Origin: Camelus dromedarius
Lineage: Eukaryota
Direction of reading: 5' to 3'
Length of the DNA: 64,000 bases
Assembly: GCF_036321535.1 (NCBI RefSeq)
Contig: NC_087438.1
Location: 13,208,001 to 13,272,000 of the forward strand
The position numbers and the translations under genes are program-made. Shown piece by piece: positions 27,457 to 40,600 of this stretch (position 1 is its first letter; each line of letters starts with the position of its first letter). The notes under the pieces were generated by a model. It did not search any database, was not told where the DNA came from, and saw only the letters and a program-made list of their open reading frames with translations.

Positions 27457-27928
27457 TGTTGCAGGAGCTCAGATCTGGTAAAGTGCACACACGTGCTCTC
27501 TAACAGTCAAGGCAGAGCTCAGATGGACACCGTCATTAGTCTGGCCACGCTACCGAATTGTGAACACAAGAATAAATTGAGCTTCTTTTCTCTTGTAAGG
27601 CTATTCTCTTACATTTCACTTCATGTCAGGCTTCTCTAAGAACTTTCAGGATAGATCACTTTACTATCAGTTCTGCTATAAATCAAATATGGCTTCCTGA
27701 CTCCCAAGAGGTTAATTTTAGTGTCCCTACTCCCCTTTCAATGTATAGATGTTGTCATGAGTGCTTTGTATCTTTGACATAAGTTCCACTCTTTACCTAG
27801 TACTGATTTGTGAAACAAATTCTTTACTATTTGAGCAGGTATTGTTTAACAGCTACAAAGATTAATGTCCAATATATATTCAACTTACGCAAAATGTAAG
27901 ATTTGTATGAATGCACATAACTCTTATT

Positions 27929-28032
27929 GAGAGAGAGAGAAGGATTCAGAGAGATCGATAGAGAGGGAGAAACTGAGAGACAGAGACAGAAACAGAGACA
28001 GAGACTGAGACACAGAGAGAAAGAGAGTGAGA
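27929..28032. repeat. (GA)n/(GAGACA)n simple repeat
   Basis: Read directly. Confidence 0.9.
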
Positions 28033-28049
28033 TTAAGCAGAAAGACAAA

Positions 28050-28330
28050 ATATTCAGGGAGATGTAGGCAAACTTCCATGAAAATGACACTTGATGTGAA
28101 ATGTGAGCGTGAATAAGAGTCAAACTAGTTCAGGGAAGGGGACAACTAATAATACTCTAGGAGAGAGCATGATGGAAGTTCCCAGGACAGCAGAGATGGG
28201 AGTGAACCTGGTATGTTTAAGTCACTAAAAAAAGTTGTGCGTTAAATAATATTGAATAAGAGCATTAAAGGGAAAAATAGTAGGAGCTTTGAAATGGATC
28301 AAAATATCTTTGAATATCTTTAGAGAAAAA
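28050..28330 (-). mobile_element. L2 fragment
   Basis: gacacttgatgtgaaatgtgagcgtgaataagagt...ctggtatgtttaag. Confidence 0.5.
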
Positions 28331-30321
28331 TAAAGCATTTCCAAGCATGGTCCTTGTGGTTATTCTGATTCCACAGAACCTTTGAGTCTTTCCTTGTCTT
28401 TGATATCTTTTTCAGTTTTTAAAATTGAGAGTAACCAATTCATTGCTGCTGAGAGAATGCAAATTGTTTCACTGAAACACAATTGATTAGCTATTGGCAC
28501 CTTATGCATATTGACATTTTTTCCATCTTTGTATCTATCTGTACATCCATTCAGCATCCCTAATGTTTATATGTGTGTCTGCCTTTGGATTCTTCTTATT
28601 TTTACAAGAATAATGATTTTTTTAAAAAAAAATCTTTACTTTGGAACATACATTTTTATTTTAAAAACTTCATTTCCTTTCACTTTAGAAATAAATGCTT
28701 CTTTTGTATAAATGTAAAACACACATGCACGTAAATAACTGATGAATCTTCCTCTCAGGATTTGAAGGAGTTCCAAAGAGTTACATAGTTCCAAATAGCT
28801 GATAGACGACACATCATTTCTTTAAGACAGACTCCAATATTTTTGCACTTCAATGTCTATGTAACACAGAAAACTCGTTCAATTTAATTTTTAATTGCAG
28901 GCTGTGATATTTCTTGGTGGTATTTTTCAGAATATTCAAGAGTGGTTTTCCATTGCTACACCTTTCACCAATTTTTAAATTTTTTTTTTTTTTTTTGGCT
29001 ATGTATCTAGTAAGTATCCTCCTAAAGAAGTAAAAGACTAATGGTCTACTTCAATTTTCTTTGTGATGTATCTGTCATAGAAAAAATGGCACAAAGCAAA
29101 TCCAGTTTTCTCACTGGTTCTATAAGTGCTGATTTTGCTTGGACTAAACCAATGCTTATTCTTTTGCATCAGAAAATTGTTATCCAAGTGTATTAAAAAA
29201 GAAAATTTTAGGTTCGGTGCAATCTTAGCTAGGGAGAGAGATGTATATCACAATGGGATAGTGATGCCTCATCCAAGCTATTATGTGTGTCTCAACATCA
29301 AGTTATAACTGTCTTTATAAATAACACACAAAATCATTAAGGCTAATTAATACAGGTGAAATTTTCTGAGATCACACTTTTGCCACTTCAGGTTGTAAGT
29401 TAAGGTAAAAGAAATATGAATTTTTATAAGGCAGCGTTTGCAAAATAAATACTTTAAGAAATAAAAAGTTACAGGCTACATGACTTTTTTTTTCCTGCAG
29501 ATATCTTAATCATCCTAAATTTACAGGTTGGTAATTCATATTTTGAGAAAAACCATCTCTTATAGTCAGGGTACTATCTATCTCCAAGTCAAGGTAGCTC
29601 TATATAGAGGATATTTACCATATGGAAATAATTTCTTAGTGATAATGTGTAATATTAATTTGCACATAGACATTAAAAGCAAATTACACTAATCACATTT
29701 TAAGACTCTACATATTTCTGTGAACTTGGAATAGGTTTTTCTATCAATGATTTTATAATGATTTGCTATCATTAAATATTTAAAAAAGCAAAGTATTTTG
29801 TGTTTAGATTTTGTGCAACCTACCTAGACATATAATATAAAACTATATATATTATATTTTCTTTATTAAACTGTACTTGGTCTGCCCTTATGAAATTTAA
29901 CACTTCCTCCAACTTCAGTCAGCTGTGAACAGCTGCGTATGACAAGCAGTGGGTGTACAGGCTTTGGATGATGAGATGAGAGAGAATAAGAAGGTGGTCA
30001 TAGCGCAACTTTGTGAGGAAGAACAATGCATTTAATTTGCAAAGCACAAGTTATTTGCTTTGAGTGAGTAGATCTGGGTTGTGTGTTTGCATGAATTAAC
30101 ATATTGACAGAAGTATATTTTTATAATGCTTTTTTATATTATTTTAAATAAGTTTTGGATAATAGAAAACCTTGAAAAATACACAATATATGCAATTGTT
30201 AATATTTTGTATGGGAAACAGCACAAGTTTTGGATCCAGACAGACTTTATAAAACAGACTTAAAACACTCACATAATAGGTGGTTTTACAAATGCAAGAA
30301 GATATTTAAAGAAATAGTCAT

Positions 30322-30435
30322 GAAAACGAATATATGTATGCTCCTATATGACTGAAGCATTGTGCTGTACACCAGAAATTGACAGAACATTGTGAACCGA
30401 CTATACTTCAGTAAAAATATATAAATGAGGGAAAA
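30322..30435 (+). mobile_element. Severely truncated young L1 3' tip with 14-bp TSD
   Basis: TSD aaagaaatagtcat at 30308-30321 and 30436-30449; similar to the L1 tail at 1450-1535. Confidence 0.92.
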
Positions 30436-31999
30436 AAAGAAATAGTCATCATTGCCATATATTGTATAACCAATATGAATTATATTATTATAATTGTTGA
30501 AGCCAAATATGGGAAAAGCCTTAATACTGAATGTCTCATGTTAGATCTTATTTTAATTTGTTTTCACCAAATTGAAATGATCCAACTATATCAAAATGTG
30601 ACTTAAAATACTACCTATATAATACTTCTGTTAAGCATATGTAGACAAAATATTAAGAAATACAACGATCCCTAATTGAGAGAATAGGTTCTTTGATAGA
30701 CTTAAGGCACATAGTAACTCATTAGTGTATTTAAATGTTAAGCATTAGATATTTGTTATTTACCATTAAAATTGAAAAGAAAAATATGTTAATACTATAT
30801 AGAGACAGATAAGTTAAAATAATCTACCTATCCATAAATAAGCATAATGCAATATTATTAATTGGGCAGATATAAGGCATAGAGAAGTTTTAAAAATTAA
30901 TAAAATAAACGCAGTTTCCGTAGTTACACAGAATCATTTCATTTCCTAGTAAATTTCTTTCAATGCATTTTTTTGCTTAATTCAGCTTATTCAGTATACA
31001 AAGAACATGCTATATTTCAGAATAATTTATTAGTACTTTTCTGCATGAATGAAAAATAAAATTAATAAATGTAATGTTTATTGTAGAACTACATTATTTA
31101 CCAGGCTAGATCATTAAACGATCTTAACCCTGAGGGAAAGAGGAGAGAGAAGATAATATATAAACAAAAATGAACATGAAATGATTTAACTTACTAGAAA
31201 AAAAAAACAGTGACTTTTAAGAAATAAAATTTCAAATATATAAACATTTCAAATTAGTAGAATTTATCATGCCAAACAGATAAAACAATTCTAATAGTAA
31301 TTATCCAAAAAAAAAGCTGGTAAAAACATGTTTCCCATCCTAATAGAAACTCTACATTAGTACATAATATAAAGTTATGCATTCACTTAATTTATATACC
31401 TTAAAGAATGGGCTGCTGGTTGATCAATCTTTGTTCCCTTTAAAATCTCAGATATGTTTTATTACTCAGATCTCGAATAAGCTTTAGAATTTTCTTTTCT
31501 AAAATGTTCAAGTAGCTTTTTATTTGTTGATGGAAATGTTTATATTTTCAAATCAAAACTAATCACTCATTGTGACTCCAATCATCCAAATATACAGCAT
31601 GATTTGTTTTACTTCTGTTTTTCTTGCAATGTTTTTCTTTAGGATGAAACTAGTAAGTCACTGACATTATGATATCAGATACATAATAAATCACACATCT
31701 AATAATAAATCACACATATCTAAGAGGTCTGATTGGTTCTCACAATAGTATACTTATCAGATCCTACTGTGAATAATTTCTTCTTATACAGGCATACCTC
31801 ATTTTATTTTGCTTCACTTTATACACTTTGCAAATACTGCGTATTTTACAAATTTAAGGTTTGTGGCCGCCCTGTGTCTAGTAAGCCTATTCATGTCATT
31901 TTCCCAAATATATTATTTTTTAATAAAGGTATGTAAATTGTTTTTTCAGACATAATGCTGTCTTACACCTAATAGACTACAGTATAGTGTAAACATAAC

Positions 32000-32046
32000 C
32001 TTTTTTTAACATTTTTTATTGATTTATAATAATTGTACAATGTTGT
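32000..32046 (-). mobile_element. Tiny L1 3' tip
   Basis: Poly-T plus aacattttttattgatttataat; TSD taaacataac at 31990-31999 and 32047-32056. Confidence 0.85.
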
Positions 32047-32102
32047 TAAACATAACTTTTATACGCATTGGGAAACCAAAAAAAAATTAGTGTGACTTGC
32101 TT

Positions 32103-32294
32103 AATATTTTTGTTGTTTTATTTTTTTAACAATATAACATTTTTTTATTGATTTATAATCATTTTATAATGTTGTGTCAAATTCCAGTGTAGAGCGCAAT
32201 TTTTCAGTTATACATGAACATATGTATATTCATTGTCACATTTTTTTCTCTGTGAGCTACCATAGGATCTTGTGTATATTTCCCTGTGCTATTT
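32103..32294 (-). mobile_element. Truncated L1 3' end
   Basis: T-rich tail and L1 3' UTR; TSD gtgtgacttgctt at 32090-32102 and 32295-32307. Confidence 0.9.
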
Positions 32295-32555
32295 GTGTGA
32301 CTTGCTTTATCACGATGTTCCTTTGGTTTTGGTGGTCTGGAAATGAACGCGTAATATCTGCAAGGCATTCCTGTTATTTCTAAATACACAAATTGTCTAA
32401 AAGCTTTAATTAAAGCTTCTACATATTGATGATACAGTTATCCCTTTCACCAGGACCACACTTAACGCTGAGAAAAATGACAGCTTGCACTAATGTGGTG
32501 TCGGGAATTCCTAATAGTGAATGATAACATGTATAGCAACAGAGAGATTGATAAA

Positions 32556-33973
32556 TGTCATCCTGCGGCTGCTTTAGCAGCATCCCTGGTCCGGCCTTGG
32601 GGAGACTAGTAAGTAGGGTTAGGACTCAGCCTCCTGCTGTGCCCCTCCCAACTGGACTTTTCTGTCTGCCCGAAGCTTCTCCAGGCTGAGCAGCGGACTG
32701 TACTCATGAGGAGTGAAAGCCAGAGCTAAGGCTTTGTCCAGACTAATGAAGAAAGTGGCCAGGACTCAGCTTCTCTTGTGCCTGGACCCCAGTGGGGAGT
32801 GGCCGAGAGCCTTTGGATGAAGATTCCACCCGACTGTGATGTAAGACCTGTAATTCAGGCCCAATGTGACATGTCGCCTTGACATCTGGTGAAATCAGGG
32901 GGGCCTTGGATGACCTAAGTGCAAGTTCCTGCCCCTGCTCTGCTCCCCAGCCAAACAACCTTCCTTTTCAAAGGGGCCAAGCACTGTGCCTACTTACCCC
33001 TGAGCAGTGGGCTTCAGTTTCCTGTCAGCACATGGGATCATTCAAACAAGCCAATGAAATCCTCCTATGGGAGTCAAGGGGACCACCGCCTCTTGTTACT
33101 ACAAATCCTGACTCCCCTGACTGTCCACCTGTTCTGTGTGGTCCTGGGTGAAGCAGCATCCTCTTCCAGGCTGTGGGGACATGTGACTAATAAACCCCTG
33201 TGTGTCTCCTCCGTCCGGTGGCAGGTGTTACACGTCCTGCTCTTCCTATAATCTTAAAGGAGCAATCCCTTCCTCACCACGGGGGTGAATAGGAGATGAC
33301 TGTGTTATTAGAGCAGACAGATAGCTAGATATGAACAGAGAAAGGGGGATGCAGGCCAAATGGCAAGAATTGGGCAGAAAGGAAGGAAACAGGACAAATG
33401 CAGGAAATCATACATCGTGTAAACACCAGGGGTCCCTGGACAGAGAAAGAAAAGCAGGAACCTCTGAGCTGATAAGTGGTCACACCTTTTGGGGTGATGA
33501 GTGGCCTGGAGGCCGACAAAGACAGGTGGGAAAAGGCAGGAATCTCCAGTGTCCGAATGTAACCTTTTGCTCATTATGTCCTCATTTCAATAAAATTAGC
33601 CTTGCAGATTAGAAGTACCCATCATGCACCGATGCCATGGCACTTCCCATCCAGACTAAATAAGGACAGAACTCCCTCCTCCCTTGGGAAGGTGGAGTTG
33701 GGATGAAAATCAGGCAATAGGATCCCAAACCCTTCCCTCCCCAGTGAATATTCTGCTCATTCGTTTTTACACCCTGTGTAACCACCTTGCCAAAATAACT
33801 CAGCACAGCTGCTCTCCTGAGCCTGCCCCTCTCCCCTTGAGAGTGAGTGTACAATCCATCCCTTAATAAATCCTCACTTTACTTTCTCAACCTCTGTGTC
33901 TCATCTCTGAAGTCTTTCTGGAATGGGACATGAACCTGGACACTGGTTACATCTACCAGCAACAATCAGAACA
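32556..33973 (+). mobile_element. MER54/MER74-like ERV-L LTR interrupted near its 3' end
   Basis: CCAAT, AATAAA near 33190, terminus ggggtgaataggagatg...atcagaaca split by an inserted LTR. Confidence 0.65.
33303..33964 (+). mobile_element. ERV1-type solo LTR (nested)
   Basis: tgtta...agatagctagatatga start, AATAAA near 33865, ends ccagcaaCA. Confidence 0.78.
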
Positions 33974-34355
33974 CATGGATTTTGGAAAACATTCAACAGG
34001 TATAGATGCACATCTACCCTGGAATGGAAGTCTGGCCCCACCAGTGAGAGTTCAGCAGAAAACCAGCTGAATTCGCAGGCTCCTAAGGAAAATTGGAGAA
34101 ACTGCATAAGTGTCTGCTCCTGTAGCTGGAAGAGTCCTAACCTTTGCTCCTGAATCAATGAAGATGATAGGTGTTTTCTGCTAGTGCTTCTACTGGTAAC
34201 TTGCTGGCTGCAACTCTGCAGGCACAGAGCATCGTGTCAATAGAGAAGCAGAATCCTGTGCAGGTGAGACTGGGGAGGAGCTGAGGGCCTGGCGGAATTC
34301 CTGCTGCTCAGAAAGCACCAGCAATCAGACCTGAGCACCCATGAATGTCTTAGAT

Positions 34356-34869
34356 TGCTACTGAGCCAAACTCATTCTGATCACCACAGGACAGACCAAT
34401 AAATCAGGAGGTGAGGTGCTGGGGCAAGGAATTACAACTTTATTTGGAAAGCTGGATGACTGAAGATGGGGGACTGATGTCCTAGACAACCATCTTACCC
34501 AAGTCAGAATTCAGGCTTTTTATACCAAAAAAGGGAGGGGGTGTGGTTGGTTGTTGCAAACTTGTTGGTGTCAGAATCCTTTGTTTTTGCTGCTGTCCAC
34601 GCAGATCAGGTCATGTTGTTCCCGCAAACATCCAAAAAAAAAAAAAAATACTATTTTCTGTTTCGCAACTTTTTATGTCTATATGAATGGAAAAGTGTTC
34701 TACCCTTAAAGGTCAGAGTCTTGAGAATGGGCTCTCCTGTATATTTCAGGCTCTAGGCAACATTCTTTTACCAATGGTGCAGAACCAGCATGACTCAGCA
34801 CAGGAAACAGAGCCCAAGGCTAGAGCTAAAGAGATTTACTACAGAGTCAGATTTGTTCTTCCCTATTCA
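34356..34869 (-). mobile_element. ERV1-type solo LTR, same family as 7256-7743
   Basis: Collinear similarity along its length, e.g. aaaggtcagag(cc/tc)ttgagaatgggct...tatatttcaggct. Confidence 0.88.
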
Positions 34870-34939
34870 AGGCCAATGAGAGCACACTCATGTGTGTTTC
34901 ACATCACACATGGAGAAGAATTAGACGTACAGAAATAGA

Positions 34940-35590
34940 CTGCTCTTAGAGAAAAACAAATGACCAAAAGATAGATAACTCCAATACAAACAACAATAAC
35001 AGCAAGAACCATAATAGTAAGAGTGCTTCATGACAGCCTGTTTTAGCATGTAAACATTTTCATATAACTTTAATATAATAATATTCCAACATTTTAGTGG
35101 ATGAATAGAGAAAATGGATGGTCAATGTTAAAACCCCAATCGATGACCTAGGCAATCAAATGAAAGAAATAGCTCAAGATTCAAAGCAAATCTACACAGA
35201 CTTGGAAATCAAAAGGGAAAAGATAAGAGTCCAGAGCAGAGGTCTCATTAGGTAGGACCACTACTCACGCAGTTCTAAGGGCACCATCCACACAGCACAA
35301 CCCCCAGACTTCTGTCTTGTGGTGTTTCCAGATCTGGGAAAATTTTTATGTGAATAGCTTAGAGTTCAGAAGATGAAAACAGCAGAGGAAGAGAGAAGGT
35401 GAGATCATAGCAGAAATTTTCTCTGTATCAAAGAGGAATCAGCAAATTTAAAAGGCTCACAGAATTCCAGGAAGCTTGGTAAGAAAGAACAGATTAAGCA
35501 TATCCTGCTCTAGTGACATAATACTAAGAGAAACTGTCACAAGCTCTCAGGCAGAACAAGAAAAATAATATGTACTTTACAGAGACTGGA
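34940..35590 (+). mobile_element. Decayed L1 ORF1/HAL1-like fragment with a probable small MER91-like insert
   Basis: A-rich coiled-coil-like coding remnant; aagggcaccatccaca insert. Confidence 0.45.
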
Positions 35591-36759
35591 GCGGTGATCC
35601 TCACCCAGCTGGACTGATCACACAGGTTAGTGGTCAGGGACCATTTTGAATAACAGCCTTTTTATACTTCAGAAAGCAGAGAGCTGACCACCATCGCTGC
35701 ACTTGCTGCCTGGGTCAGGGACAATGTGACAGCTGGCCGGCAGAAGCAGCGACCTCTGATTCCTGTTAGAACAAAGATCAGAACTGCATTGAGAGAAGAC
35801 CTTGAATAGAACTGCTTTTTCACTAAGCCACAGAAAACGCTACTTTTTAAAACAATTTTTTTTTCACACATTAATCTTGTATTTCTCTGAGGGCAAAAAG
35901 TAACTGAGTCAAGATACAGTGAAGTTGCATTTCTTAAGTAAGTTAGTGAAATGCAATTTATAACTGTTTTGGCATCAAAGGCAACAAAATTTCTTGGTTG
36001 GTCTTGTGCTGAAGAGTCTTGTTGATGAGATCTCAAGATTATTCTGACGGGGTGGAGAGGTTTGAGCAAGTGGTCAGTGCAAACAAATGTTCTGTGGAAA
36101 AGAAAGGGGAGTTTAGAAATTATGTAATTTGATATGTTTCTTATTTTGAGAGAGCACGGCACCCAAAAAGCTTAGAAAGTTTTAGAACAGGTAAGTAGCA
36201 GGCAGGGGGGCAGGATATTTTTTCCCCGTTATCCCATGTTCTCATGCTCATCCCATAAAGTTGATATCTATCTGTATCTGTTTACTACCTTTTAATTTTT
36301 GCCATGATCTTTTGCTGAGGACATAAATTATTTCGAAAATTTTCCAGATGACGAGTACTGAGAAATTTGTGCTTTTTAAATGCGATAGGACTAGTCCAAC
36401 AATAGTTGTTACAGTTCCAGTGCAATAAATGTTGAAAAACTCCCTCCTGATACTTATTTTTGGCAAAGCAAAATTTATTTGTTTGGAGAGTTTCCAAAGA
36501 GAAAAATTATGTCTAGCATGAGTTTTATTAACTGATTTTTTTTGGGGGGATATGAATATTTGCTTTCACATTTTTTTTTCTCTATCTAAGAGACTGTGAC
36601 TCAGTTATTTTTCCCATTTTATGTCTGAATGTTGGAGAGAACTCTGGAGAACCAAGCATCTGAGGATTCTGGAAACACTGGTTCAGCACAGTAAAAAAGC
36701 AAATTGAGAAAAATATGCAAAAATATAATTAGTCTGATTAGTATTCAAATACACCTAAT

Positions 36760-37200
36760 AAAATAGCCATGCAATATTACTTTCTATTCAATAGATGGCC
36801 GAATATCATTTTAAATAGAAATACTTGTCTTCAGCTACAGGTTGGAGAAGTGGACGTTTGTATGTTGCAGTTTGCAGTATAACATGGTGTAACGTTTCTA
36901 GATAGTTGTTTAGTAACATATTTTTAATACTTAGTACCAACTTGTGACTGAGTTTTCCAATTCCAATTTTATGAATTAATCTTTAGGAAATCCATCAATC
37001 AAATCAACACTGGATTATAAAGAATTTTTACTGAAATTTATTTTTTAATACCCCCAAACAAAAATAATCTAAATGTCTAACAATATGTTAATGATCACAT
37101 ACTGTATGTAGCACATTCAGCCATGCAATGAAATTAGGAATAAAAATGAGAATTTCAAATGTGTCTGTTCTTATGTTCATTGACATACAAAGATGGACTT
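36760..37200 (+). mobile_element. L1ME-like 3' fragment
   Basis: Decayed ORF2-end motifs (ccaattttatgaattaatc, taaatgtctaacaata). Confidence 0.5.
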
Positions 37201-37404
37201 TCCTTATTATTATATATACATATATTATTATTCCACACAAATAATGATTTTTAGTATAAAATTCAAATGTATTTTACATACAGTTGTATATATATGCATA
37301 TTTATATACATATTTTTATACATTAATAATCTCTTTTTTACCATGTTTTCTCTATTATTAAAATTATTAAAATATTAATATACATTTTTTCTTCAGGAAA
37401 TTTT

Positions 37405-38005
37405 TTTTCTGCTTTACTGAGGTAGAATTGCAAATAAAATTGTATGCATTTAAAGTGTGCAATGTGATGATCTGATATACATACCACTGTGGTTATCAGT
37501 CAAATTAATTAACACATCCATCATCTCACATAGTTCATTTGTGTGTGTGTGTGATGAGAACACTTAAGATCTACTATTTTAGTAATTTCAAGTATACAAC
37601 ATTATTAACTATAGTCATCCTGCTGTCTATTAGACCCTCAAAACATATTCACCTTTTAATTGAAAGTGTGTACCCTTTGATCAGTATCTTTCCATTTCCA
37701 ACACTCTCCAGTGTTGGCAACCAACACTCTACTCTGTTTCTATGAGTTAGACATTTTTAGAGTCCACGTGTGAGTGATCTCGTGTGATATTTGTCCTTTT
37801 CTGTCTAGCTTATTAAATTTAGCATATGGCTCCAGGTTCATCCATATTGTTGTGAATAGCAGGATTTCTTCCTTTTTTTATGGCTGAAAACCTATATATA
37901 TTAGATATAACATATAAAATATATTTTACATATAACTATTATATATCACATATATATAACATATATGACATTTTCTTTAACCATTTACCTGTCAAAAAAC
38001 ATTTA
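37405..38005 (-). mobile_element. L1MA8/9-like 3' end
   Basis: ctttactgaggta...ttaacacatccatcatctcacatagtt...atgagaacacttaagatctac. Confidence 0.85.
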
Positions 38006-38854
38006 ATACAGTTTTGTTTCAGATTTTAACCCCAAAACCAACGAATAATCTGGCTTTTAATGGACATTGAGCTATGTAGAATAGAGATAAGGTGCCCAGT
38101 TTCACAGCTTAATCAATTTAGAAGTATTTTCCCCTACTAGGAATGTCAAAGGAAGAGTGTGATTGAATTATTCTTTTACTATGCAGATGCTTAATGTTAT
38201 TTTTAATGTAAATTTTTCAGAAGTCAGTTCATTTGTGACGGCTACTCAGAGCAATATGAAAGCTAGGGATAGAGCCACTGTTTGGGGCTGATGGTGCAAT
38301 GTTAACAGACAACACATAGAACAGACCTAAACCACAGGTTCCTCTCCCATTAAACAAAATGAACTTCAAGAGTAGATCAACTTCAATTAAATTTATGAAG
38401 TAGCTCAAAACATTCCAACTTATAAAATGGTGGATGTTTTGTGGCTTTGAGTGAACTTGCCTCCAGGCTCACCGATTTTATAAGTCAGAACTTAAACAAA
38501 ACCAGACCAAACAAACAACACACAAAAATGCAAACATTACTTAAGATTTTCTGTTAGTAATCTGAGAGAAATTACTATAAATTGTTCCTGGGAAATGAAA
38601 GCTTAGTATCAATACCTGAATCACAACAATGTGCTATGTTATGAAGCAAACTTCTAGTCCAATGACAGACAGAATAACATAGTTAAAAGGACAATTCAGT
38701 TGTACTGATGAATCCTTTTATCATTAACCAGATACCGAAATTTGATCAAAACATTGGTCATTTTCAATATCATTGAAAATATGAAATCTAATTTGACTTT
38801 TTTTTCCTTACTATGAATGTGATGGGGAGAATTATAGAATTCATTACAACCAAA

Positions 38855-38922
38855 AATAGAATGGAACAGAATGGAATACTATAGAACAGAAGGGAAGAGA
38901 AAAGATAGAAGAGAATAGAATA
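38855..38922. repeat. (GAATA)n-like degenerate pentamer repeat
   Basis: Read directly. Confidence 0.7.
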
Positions 38923-39022
38923 TGAGTTTTTGGTTTTGAACCTGGTTTAATTCTTCCTCAATTACTTACTAAAAAATGATTCATGAATGAGCTGCTTAAC
39001 CAGATTGGGGTGGCTGGCTGGC

Positions 39023-39181
<159 letters not shown>

Positions 39182-39369
39182 AATTTATTTACTTTTTAAA
39201 ACTACTCACAGAGATGTGGAAATTAAGAGGAAATATCTAAAGTAGAAGGCATAGCTAGGTACTTGACATAGTTATTTTACAGCGGGTGGGTAAGAACATG
39301 ACACAAATTCTTTATCCTTTGTTCCATCCATTCCAACCTTTAAGCATTTTATCATTGAAAAGTCACAAA

Positions 39370-39800
39370 AGGCATATCTAATTCAGTTCATGAATACATG
39401 TCTAGAAGGAACAGATGAAATATTTGTTGCCAGAATCAAAATACAGTTACTGGCAAAGCAAGAGGATCGTCTTCACTAATTAGCTTTAAAATGGGAAAAA
39501 ATGCAAGCCCTGGTTTTAGAGTCAAAGACTCAGTTGCACAAAGTCAGGTGAAGAGAATCCTGAGTTAACAGTAAATCCTAATGAAAATATCTGTTGGAGT
39601 CAGTTTTCTGTGCTCTATACTAAATGCTTTTTACCAAAAGAAGGATGCGCTTGTTAAGAATCAAGAATAAACTTGGGTTTAATTAATATGACTGTAGCAT
39701 TGAATCATAGGAAGGCCATAGATTACTGTGTAGTAATCAAAGCTGACCTGGGGTATTCAGTGCTTAAAACTGGCTTTTTATAGTGGATCTGGACAGACAA
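39370..39800 (+). mobile_element. L3/CR1 LINE fragment
   Basis: aaatgcaagccctggttttagagtcaaagactcagttgcacaaagtcagg resembles CR1 KCKVL...QLHKYR. Confidence 0.55.
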
Positions 39801-40369
39801 AGGAAACCATTTAAAAAGCTCTTGCCTACAGTCTAGTCCCATGCCTTCCTCTAGACAGAAGATGCTCACACTCATCCACTGTCTCCAAAGGCTAGCGCTC
39901 ACATTTTCCTTAAATTTCCTAGGGAGCTGATCCTCAGATGCTGTACCTTATTCTATACATAAAACCTCTGAATTCAATGTCACCCCTTTCTTAACTCTAG
40001 CACTTGTCCTGGCTAAGCCCAAGGCGGCTTCTTTTATTCATCCTTCAAAGCTGCTGTTAAGAATTTAACAATTCTGAGGGAAAGTCACGATTAAGAACTT
40101 GGCAAGCTATAAGACTGACATTTTCAGCATAGCTGAATGAAAAATGGAGTGTGCTGGAGATGGTCTGTGAAATTCTTCAACCAGAGGTTATATAACTTTG
40201 ATTCAGAGACCTTGGAGTGAAGTTACTTGGATGGCTTTTGAGGTCCCTTTCAATTAGCAACTTATGTGCTGAGGTCACATCCAATAGAAGTAAGTAGATA
40301 AGTGTAAGAACATTCAAAATGAATGGGTAATGAGTTAAAGATGAATTACAATTATAATTGATATTAAAA

Positions 40370-40600
40370 TTCAAGTAATATTTATTGAGCTCATAGTATT
40401 TAAAAAATGTATTCCATAAACATTTTTTGACCACAATTTATGTGCCAGACACTTACAATACAGTAGTGAAAAAAATGGGACAAAAATATCTGCCCACATA
40501 AAGTTTGCATTCTAGTGGGAGGAGAGAAACTATAAAAATAAATGTAATAAATATGTAAATTATGTTAGTTTAAAAGTGATCTGGGTAGAGAGTAAATGAA
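40370..40600 (-). mobile_element. L2 3' end
   Basis: atttattgagc...atgtgccagacact...tttgcattctagtggga. Confidence 0.65.

Larger units (their letters stand above)
31789..32373 (+). mobile_element. Internally deleted Tigger1 (MITE-like) carrying two L1 insertions
   Basis: TA-caggcatacctc 5' TIR; 3' end ggtggtctggaa...aatatctgcaaggcattcctg. Confidence 0.88.

Noticed and set aside
31683..31720. Short direct repeats (also near 48470, 52370 and 58897)
   Set aside because: Two-copy slippage duplications without spacers; not CRISPR-like arrays
35662..36162. Longest ORF (166 aa, minus strand)
   Set aside because: No recognisable domain or coding-like composition; plausible by chance in 64 kb
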